Assembly: GCA_028287115.1 (NCBI GenBank)
Contig: JAQBQF010000343.1
Span: 1,733 to 65,732 of the forward strand
Source: Myxococcales bacterium
Lineage (GTDB): Bacteria; Myxococcota_A; Polyangia; Haliangiales; Haliangiaceae
DNA length: 64,000 nucleotides
Direction of reading: 5' to 3'
The notes under the pieces were generated by a model. The model was not told where the DNA came from. It made no database searches and worked only from the letters and a program-made list of their open reading frames with translations. The translations under genes were made by a program, and so were the position numbers. Each line of letters begins with the position of its first letter. Within the stretch, counting starts at the first letter, position 1. Below are positions 56,186-63,136 of the stretch, piece after piece.

Positions 56186-58101
56186 GTGGTCACGCGCGCG
56201 ATCGGCTGCATGCGGCTGTCAACCGACCCGGCTCGCGACGAGACGCGGTCGCTGGCCGTGCTGGCGGCTGCCCTCGATGCGGGCATCGACGTGCTCGACA
56301 CCGCGGATGCCTATGCGCACGACGACCGCGAGATCGGCCACAACGAGCGCCTGATCGCGATGGCGATCCAGGGCAGATCGGTCCGCGTGGTGACGAAGGG
56401 TGGGCTCGAGCGTCCAGGTGGCGCGTGGGTCCCCAACGGACGCGCGAAGCACCTCGATGCGGCGGCGCGGGACAGTCGGCAGCGGCTCGGCGTGGCGGCG
56501 ATCGATCTGTATCTGCTGCACGCGGTCGATCCGAAGGTGCCACTGCGACGAGCGTGCGTGCGCTCGCGAAGCTGCGCGAGACAGGCGTCGTGCGCGCGAT
56601 CGGGTTGTCGAACGTCGGCGTGCATCAGCTCGAGCAAGCGCTCGCGATCACGAAGATCGACGCGGTCGAGGTCGAGCTTCATCCGTGGAAGGTCGATGCC
56701 GTGCGCGGCGGGCTCGTCGCCGCATGCGAGCAGCGTGGCATCGAGCTGTTCGCTCACCGTCCGCTCGGTGGTGCCGCATTCGCGAAGCGCGTCGCGCGCG
56801 ACAAGGAGCTCGAGGCGATCGCGAAGCGCCTCGGTGCAACGCCGGCCGAGGTGATCCTCGCGTGGCTACGCTCGCTCTCGCCGGTGATCGTGCCGCTGCC
56901 CGGCCCGACGCGCGTCGAGACCGCGCGAAGCTGCGCGCGTGCGATCGAGCTCGATCAACCGGCGCGCACCGCGCTCGCGACACGGTTCCTCACGATCAGC
57001 GATGCTGCGCGATCGCGAACGAGCTCCACGTCCGGCTCGGCGGTCGGAGCCCCGAGCGTCTCCGACGCGCACGCAGGGCCGCCGGCCGCCGGCGCCGGCT
57101 CGCCGATCGGTGCGAACCCGCCCGGCTCCAGCGCCGGCTCGCCGATCGGTGCGAGCCCGCCCGCGTCCAGCGCCGGCTCGACGATTCAGCCGCTCTCGGC
57201 CGATCGCGAGATCGTGATCATCGCCGGCATGCCGGGCGCCGGGAAGTCGACGCTCGCCGCGAGCTACGTCGCGCGGGGCTTCGAGCGCCTCAATCGCGAC
57301 GATCGCGGCGGCAGCCTCGTCGAGCTCGCACAGGCGCTCGATCGAGCCCTCTCCGCCGGTAGCGAACGCGTGGTGCTCGACAATACGTACGGCACGCGCG
57401 CGTCGCGGGCGACGGTGATCGAGATCGCGAAACGGCACGACGTGCCGGTCCGGTGCGTCCTCCTCGCGACTTCGATCGAACAGGCACAGACCAACGCGGC
57501 CGCGCGGATCATCGAGCGTCATGGGCGGCTGCCCGGCGATCTGCGCGGTGAGATCCTGCCGAGCGCGCAGTTTCGGTTTCGCCGATCCTACGAACCGCCG
57601 CGGGTCGATGAAGGGTTTGTCGCCGTCGAGGAAGCGCCGTTCGAGCGCATCGCGACGTCCGGACAGCCGGCGCTGATCACCGAGCTCGACACGATCGTGT
57701 GGACCGGACGCGCAGCCGATCCGGCGAACCTCGAGCTTCGCCCGGGCATCCGCGAGCAGCTCGCGGCATGGGCGGCCGCCGGTTTCGCGCTCGCCGGCAC
57801 GCTGTGGCGGCCAGGTCAATCCGCCGACGTCATCAAGGAGCTCGCCGAAACGCTCGGCGAGCAACTCGGGCTCTCGATCGATCTCGCGTGCTGTCCGCAT
57901 CCCGGCGGACCGCCGCAGTGTTGGTGTCGCAAGCCGTTGCCCGGGCTCGGCCTCGTGCTCGCGCGCAAGCATCACCTCGATCTGTCGCGGAGCATCCACG
58001 TCGGTAAGGGTCCTGCCGATCGCGGCTTCGCGGCGCGACTCGGCATGCGTTACGTCGACTTCGGGACGGGCTTCCCGGACGCGAACGCACGCAGCTCCTG
58101 A
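56186..58101 (+). pseudogene. aldo/keto reductase - P-loop (AAA_33/PNK-like) kinase - HAD-IIIA (GmhB/HisB-N-like) fusion, frame broken once near 56545
   Basis: Frame A (GTG 56186) gives the AKR N-terminal half up to LLHAVDPKVPL. Frame B continues ATSVRALAKLRETGVVRAIGLSNV...PLPGPTRVE (AKR C-terminal half), then a repeat linker. Next come the P-loop IIAGMPGAGKST and the HAD-IIIA zinc motif CCPHPGGPPQCWCRKPLPG. Confidence 0.75.
57092..57180 (+). repeat. 39-nt in-frame tandem repeat, about 2.3 copies, encoding AGSPIGA(N/S)PP(G/A)SS
   Basis: Units at 57092-57130 and 57131-57169 differ at 3 positions. A partial third unit spans 57170-57180. Confidence 0.85.
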
Positions 58102-58583
58102 AACCACGGCAGCTTCGTCGCGAATGTTGGAAACGACGCGTTGAGACCGCTCGGATTCGGCAGGACGAACACGCGGGCGCCTTCGATCGTGTCGGTCTTC
58201 GCGCCCGGACCCGGTTCGCCCGTTCGGCCGCACACGATCGGATAGAGCGTGATCCCGACGAGCGCGACGGTCTCCGGCCGGATCGCGCGGATCTTGTCGA
58301 CGAGCTTCTTGCGGCCGCGCGCGAGCTCCGATCGCTCGAGCTCCGAGGCAGTCTTGGTCGGCCGCGCGCACAGATTCACCAGTGCATAGCCCCACTCCGG
58401 CAACCGATGATCCTCGGCCGCGGTGAGGAGCTCGGGCACGAGCCCTGCTTCGTGGAGCAGCCGATAGAACGGATTGCCGGGCCCCGCGAAGTGATGCCCG
58501 ACCTTGCCCGAGGTCGCGCTTGGATTGATCCCGACGAACAGGATCCGCGGATGTTGGCAGAGCACGTCGGTCGGGCGCGCCAT
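58050..58583 (-). CDS. mug: G:T/U mismatch-specific DNA glycosylase (Mug/TDG, UDG family 2)
   Basis: ATG 58583. ILFVGINPS, NPFYRLL and VFVLPNPSGLN align with E. coli Mug as I remember it. Confidence 0.88.
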   Translation of the reverse strand: MARPTDVLCQHPRILFVGINPSATSGKVGHHFAGPGNPFYRLLHEAGLVPELLTAAEDHRLPEWGYALVNLCARPTKTASELERSELARGRKKLVDKIRAIRPETVALVGITLYPIVCGRTGEPGPGAKTDTIEGARVFVLPNPSGLNASFPTFATKLPWFQELRAFASGKPVPKST

Positions 58584-58810
58584 CACCGGCAGTCTTCGCC
58601 GGACGAGTACGCGAAGCCGACGTCGCGCCCGACGAGCTGCTCGATCAGCGAGAACCCCCACGGCTCGACCTCGTAGTCGGTGCACTGCTCGCGCAAGCCA
58701 TTCGTGTGCTGACACGTGTTGCCGGCGTAGCCGCACTCGACCTTCTTCGGCAGCGCGAACGCGACGACGAGCCCGAACAGAAACGCCCAACGGCGTCCGC
58801 TCGAAGTCAT
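58583..58810 (-). CDS. small secreted 4-Cys protein (75 aa)
   Basis: ATG 58810. Signal peptide RRWAFLFGLVVAFA. Its stop overlaps the mug ATG by 1 nt (TGATG). Confidence 0.55.
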   Translation of the reverse strand: MTSSGRRWAFLFGLVVAFALPKKVECGYAGNTCQHTNGLREQCTDYEVEPWGFSLIEQLVGRDVGFAYSSGEDCR

Positions 58811-58857
58811 CTTCGGGTGATTCACGAAGCGATCGTAGCAAATGATAGGGTCCGCCC

Positions 58858-59238
58858 ATGGCAGAGAGCGAACATCCTTATCGCGTCGGGCTCGAGGCAA
58901 TCGAGCAGCTGATCGTCACCACCGGCAACGAGGTCGCGGGGTATCAGATCGTGAAATACCTCGCGATCGTGCGAGGCATCATCGTCCGCACCCCGACGAT
59001 CGGCCAGTCGTTCTTTGGCTCGCTGAAGTCCCTCGGTGGCGGCAACATCCAAGAGTTCACCGACGTCTGCGAGGCCGCCCGTCACGAGGCCTACCAACAG
59101 ATGCTCGCGCACGCGACCGAGCTCGGCGCCGACGCGATCATCGGCATGCGCTACGACGCCACCGAATTCATGCAAGGCACGACGGAGGTGCTCGCCTACG
59201 GCACCGCCGTCCGGCTCATCGCCGATGCCCCGCGGTAG
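58858..59238 (+). CDS. YbjQ/UPF0145 family protein
   Basis: VTTGNEVAGYQIVKYLAIVRG...GADAIIGMRYD is the typical YbjQ pattern. Confidence 0.85.
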   Translation: MAESEHPYRVGLEAIEQLIVTTGNEVAGYQIVKYLAIVRGIIVRTPTIGQSFFGSLKSLGGGNIQEFTDVCEAARHEAYQQMLAHATELGADAIIGMRYDATEFMQGTTEVLAYGTAVRLIADAPR

Positions 59239-59255
59239 GGACGGTGCACCGTCCC
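59238..59255. terminator. perfect 18-nt palindrome GGGACGGTGCACCGTCCC between convergent genes
   Basis: Read directly. It starts at the last base of the ybjQ-like TAG. No T-tract follows. Confidence 0.35.
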
Positions 59256-59270
59256 TGGTTCGCGGGCGGT

Positions 59271-59957
59271 TTAGTTAACGGTCCACTGCCGATCGGTTCC
59301 GAGCGCCGCCCACGCTTGCTCGCAGTCACGAACGAGCTCCGAGATCTGATCCGGGCACAACGTCGAGCCATCGCCGCGCAGCTTGAATCGCTTCTCGACG
59401 ATGCTCGCACCGCGCGAGATCGCGGCGCGCGGAATTTCGGAGCACGCCGACCGATCGACGATGCCGAGCACGGCGCCATGCCGCTGCAGCTCGTCGAGTC
59501 CCTCGAGATCGGCATCGAGCACCGATTGCACGAGCGCGATGCCGCCGTCGCCGTTCGCCCGCGCGGTCGCGATCACCTCGGCGAGCTCGGCCTGCGAGGC
59601 CGTCCCGACCTGAATCATCAGCGGCTTACCCGTGCGCGCCGCCCGCGCGACGAGCTCGAGATCCGACCAGTCGAAGGTCAGATAAAACGCCGGTGCGCCG
59701 AGCCAATCGAGGCGCTCGACCGCAGACTCGTCGAGCGCGGTCGCGAGCATCGCGATATTTCGAGTCGCCGCGTGCTCGAACAGCCTCGCGCTCCACTCCC
59801 ACGGCATCCTCGAGAACTTGATCGCGTCGAAGCTGCCATCGGCGGCGGCGTCGATGGCGGCGATCGCTTGCTCGAGAGTCCCCAGCTCCCGACAATCGAG
59901 CGACGCGATGATAAATGGCGGATGAGCCAGCCCCACGGGTCTACCGAAATCCATCAC
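59271..59957 (-). CDS. NeuB-like TIM-barrel protein (short, no SAF domain, active-site motif degenerate)
   Basis: PPFIIASLDCRELGTLEQAIAAIDAAADGSFDAIKFS aligns with the NeuB segment [36 protein letters not shown] as I remember it. The E, N-H and H positions are replaced. Confidence 0.6.
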   Translation of the reverse strand: MMDFGRPVGLAHPPFIIASLDCRELGTLEQAIAAIDAAADGSFDAIKFSRMPWEWSARLFEHAATRNIAMLATALDESAVERLDWLGAPAFYLTFDWSDLELVARAARTGKPLMIQVGTASQAELAEVIATARANGDGGIALVQSVLDADLEGLDELQRHGAVLGIVDRSACSEIPRAAISRGASIVEKRFKLRGDGSTLCPDQISELVRDCEQAWAALGTDRQWTVN

Positions 59958-60051
59958 ACCTCCTGGATCGACCCATCTTGACGGATCTGTACCCGCTTGT
60001 CGTGGGACGCTGCGTCTCGGACCCTCGCCTACGAGAACCTCGCAGCCGACG

Positions 60052-61296
60052 ATGAAACCTCGTTTCTACACGACCCTGTATTTTCGCGTGCTCGTCGCGA
60101 TCGCGCTCGGCATCGCGGTCGGTGCGGCGTTTCCCGACGTGGGCGTCAAGCTCGAGATCCTCGGCACGCTGTTCATTCGCCTCGTCAAGCTGACGATCGG
60201 CCCGCTGATCTTCTGCACGATCGTCACCGGGATCGCCGGCGTGAGCGGCATGAAGCAGGTCGGCAAGGCGGGCGGGCTGGCGATCCTGTACTTCGAGCTC
60301 GCGAGCACGGTCGCGCTGGCGATCGGGCTCGTCGTCGTCAACATCGTGCGCCCCGGTGCCGGCATGAACATCACGCCCACCGAAGCCGATGCGCAGCGGG
60401 TCGCCGGCTTCCTCGGCAAGAAAGCCAGCTCGATTCCGGTACTCGACTGGATTCCCGATCTCAGCAGCCGCCTCGTCTGGGTGCTCGGCATCGCGATCGT
60501 CGTCGCGATCCTGCTCTACATCATCGGCGCGCCTGCCAAGCCCGTCGTACGTGCGGTCGATCGCGTCGGTCACTTCGTGTTCCGCGTGATCGCGCTACTC
60601 ATGCAGCTCGCACCGATCGGCGCGTTCGGCGCGATGGCGTTCACGGTCGGTAAGTACGGGATCGGAACGCTCGCGGCGCTCGGCGAGCTGATGGCGTGCT
60701 TCTACGCGACGTGCCTGCTGTTCGTGTTCGGCGTGCTCGGCACCGTTGCACGCATCCACGGCTTCAGCATCTTCCGGTTCGTCCGCTACATCCGCGAGGA
60801 GCTGTTCATCGTGCTCGGTACATCCTCCTCGGAGGCCGTGCTGCCGCGGATGATCGTGAAGCTCGAAAAGCTCGGCGCCAGCAAGTCGGTCGCTGGGCTC
60901 GTCGTACCCGCCGGTTATTCCTTCAACCTCGACGGCACGGCGATCTACGTCACGATGGCCGCCCTGTTCGTGGCCCAGGCAACGAACACACCTCTCGACC
61001 TGACCCACCAGCTCGAGCTACTGGGCCTCGCGATGCTGACCTCCAAAGGCGCCGCCGCCGTGACCGGTAGCGGCTTTGTCACGGTCGCCGCGACCGTCGA
61101 AGCGTTCGGGACGATTCCCATCCCCGGTCTCGCGCTGATCCTCGGCATCGATCGATTCATGTCCGAAGCGCGCGCGCTCACGAACGTCGTCGGTAACGGA
61201 GTCGCGACGCTCGTCGTCGCGAGGTGGTGCGGAGAGCTCGACAGCGAGCGCTTAGCCCGCGAGCTCGGCGCTCAGAAGCAGCAAGAATCGCGATAG
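60052..61296 (+). CDS. dctA: C4-dicarboxylate/cation symporter
   Basis: Strong similarity over most of its length to E. coli DctA as I remember it (LAPIGAFGAMAFTVGKYG, IREELFIVLGTSSSEAVLPRM, GYSFNLDGTAIY, GIDRFMSEARALTNVVGNGVAT). Confidence 0.93.
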   Translation: MKPRFYTTLYFRVLVAIALGIAVGAAFPDVGVKLEILGTLFIRLVKLTIGPLIFCTIVTGIAGVSGMKQVGKAGGLAILYFELASTVALAIGLVVVNIVRPGAGMNITPTEADAQRVAGFLGKKASSIPVLDWIPDLSSRLVWVLGIAIVVAILLYIIGAPAKPVVRAVDRVGHFVFRVIALLMQLAPIGAFGAMAFTVGKYGIGTLAALGELMACFYATCLLFVFGVLGTVARIHGFSIFRFVRYIREELFIVLGTSSSEAVLPRMIVKLEKLGASKSVAGLVVPAGYSFNLDGTAIYVTMAALFVAQATNTPLDLTHQLELLGLAMLTSKGAAAVTGSGFVTVAATVEAFGTIPIPGLALILGIDRFMSEARALTNVVGNGVATLVVARWCGELDSERLARELGAQKQQESR

Positions 61297-61502
61297 CCGC
61301 AGTTACCGCACTTGTAGTGCGCGTGCTCCGGCTGCATCAGCGTGCTGCAGCTCGGACACGTCGTCGACAGATCGCACTCCGGTTTGCGAGCCTCGGGCTC
61401 CACCTGCTTCGGCGGCTCCGGGCGGGTCACCGCGTTCGGAGCGATCGTGGCGACTGCGGCAAAGGCAGAAGGCGGCATCGTCCCGCGTGGGAATCGTTCC
61501 AT
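61272..61502 (-). CDS. small zinc-ribbon protein (76 aa)
   Basis: ATG 61502. C-terminal CPSCSTLMQPEHAHYKCGNCGYRDSCC. The 3' end overlaps dctA by 25 nt. Confidence 0.5.
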   Translation of the reverse strand: MERFPRGTMPPSAFAAVATIAPNAVTRPEPPKQVEPEARKPECDLSTTCPSCSTLMQPEHAHYKCGNCGYRDSCCF

Positions 61503-61624
61503 GTTGCCCGCTCGTATCACGACCCTCTGACATCGCGGACCCGCGCTCGATTCTCCGACGAGCGGTCCGATCTTCACCGACTTCCGCGACCTTTGCGATG
61601 CCGTTGCGGGAGGTAGCCTTGTCA

Positions 61625-61777
61625 ATGATCAGGAAGCTGCCCTCCGGCAAATACCGCATCTACTCGCGAAAGACCGATCCGAAGACGGGCAAGCACAAGA
61701 ACCTCGGCACGTTCGAATCGAAAGAAGCGGCCGAGAAGCACGAGCGCGCGATTCAGTTCTTCAAGCACCGCAAATGA
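61625..61777 (+). CDS. small basic protein (50 aa), conserved-hypothetical type
   Basis: ATG 61625 lies 11 nt after GGGAGG (61608-61613). Sequence MIRKLPSGKYRIYSRKTDPKTGKHKNLGTFESKEAAEKHERAIQFFKHRK. Confidence 0.6.
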   Translation: MIRKLPSGKYRIYSRKTDPKTGKHKNLGTFESKEAAEKHERAIQFFKHRK

Positions 61778-61807
61778 TCGAACACGTGCCCGCGATCCGA
61801 CGACCAC

Positions 61808-61870
61808 ACGCTCGACTCGTTCGATCACCCGCGCTCGAGTCGTTCGATCGGCCCGCGCTCGGATCACCCC
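61808..61870. repeat. about 23-nt imperfect tandem repeat, 2.5 copies
   Basis: ACGCTCGACTCGTTCGATCACCC / GCGCTCGAGTCGTTCGATCGGCCC / GCGCTCGGATCACCCC, in the 123-nt gap between convergent genes. Confidence 0.7.
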
Positions 61871-61900
61871 TCGAGATCACGCGCGCGCTTGGACGATCCG

Positions 61901-63136
61901 CTACTTCTTTGCGGGTGCCGCGGCGGCCGGCGGCGGCGTCATCGCGACCTCGACCGGATCGCCCTCGAGCAGCGAGGGCACCGCGATCTTGAGGATCCGC
62001 TCGTCGCCGGTGAGCCCGGCTGCGACCCAGATCGTCGACCCGGTGTCGCGCTCGATCGTGATCGCCGCGTAGTGAATCTTCTGCTGCGCATCGACGATCG
62101 CAACGCGCACGCCTTGCGAATCGTTGTAGAGCGCGGTCGCCGGAATCTCGAGCACGTGATGCGGCACCGGGAGCGACAACGAGGTCTGCACGTACATCCC
62201 CGGCAAGAGGGCCGACTCGGGGTTCGGAACCTGAATCTCCGTCGACATCGTGTGCAGATCTGGATCGAGCGCGCCGGCCGAACGCGTCACCTTGCCGGGG
62301 AACACGCGACCTGGAAATTCGCGGACCGTCACCGTGGTCTCCGTGCCCGGCTTGATCGTCGCCGCGACCGTCTGCGGCACATCGACGAACACGCGCACCG
62401 GATCCGTCGCGACGATCGTGTACATCGGCGTCGTGGTGCTCGTACCGACGAGCGCGCCACGCTCGACCGAGCGTTGCGTCACCGTCCCTGCAAACGGCGC
62501 CGTCACCTTCGCGAAGCCCTGCAGCTCGACGAGCCGGTGCACGTTCGCCTCCGCCGCCGCGACGGCTGCCTCCGATGCGGCAACCGTGGCGACACCGGTC
62601 GCGGCTGCAGCCTGCGTTTGCTCCACCTGCGACCTCGAGACGAGCTTCTGATCCGCGAGTGTCTCGAACCTTGCCGAGTTCGATTTCGCGTAGTCACTCT
62701 GAGCGGCCGCTTGCTTCACCGCAGCATGGGATTGCGCGAGCTCGGCACGCGCCTGCGCGAGCTGCGCGTCGAGCTCCGGCGTCTCGATCTCGATCAGCAA
62801 CTGGCCTTGCTTGACCTTGTCGCCGATGTCGGCGAGCCAGCGCTTCACGTACCCGGAGGTACGTGGATAGATCTTCGTCTCCTCGAGGGCACGCACCACG
62901 CCAGGGAGCGCGAGCGCGCGATCGGTCGTCAGGCTCGCCGGCTTGGTCACCTCGACCCGAGAAACCCCGATCCCCGCCGCGATCACCGGCGTGTCACCCC
63001 GCGCCTTGCGGTGCTGGAAGTAGCCGAAGGCGAACGCGCCCGCGATCAACACGACGAGCACGACCAGCACGCGTGTTCGCGAGCTCGTCGCCGGTGCGGG
63101 TAGCTCGAAACCGAGATCTTCAGGCTCTTGGGTCAT
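61901..63136 (-). CDS. RND efflux periplasmic adaptor (MFP/HlyD_D23 family)
   Basis: N-terminal TM, coiled-coil LDAQLAQARAELAQSHAAVKQA, then KVTAPFAGTVTQRSVERGALV. Confidence 0.9.
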   Translation of the reverse strand: MTQEPEDLGFELPAPATSSRTRVLVVLVVLIAGAFAFGYFQHRKARGDTPVIAAGIGVSRVEVTKPASLTTDRALALPGVVRALEETKIYPRTSGYVKRWLADIGDKVKQGQLLIEIETPELDAQLAQARAELAQSHAAVKQAAAQSDYAKSNSARFETLADQKLVSRSQVEQTQAAAATGVATVAASEAAVAAAEANVHRLVELQGFAKVTAPFAGTVTQRSVERGALVGTSTTTPMYTIVATDPVRVFVDVPQTVAATIKPGTETTVTVREFPGRVFPGKVTRSAGALDPDLHTMSTEIQVPNPESALLPGMYVQTSLSLPVPHHVLEIPATALYNDSQGVRVAIVDAQQKIHYAAITIERDTGSTIWVAAGLTGDERILKIAVPSLLEGDPVEVAMTPPPAAAAPAKK

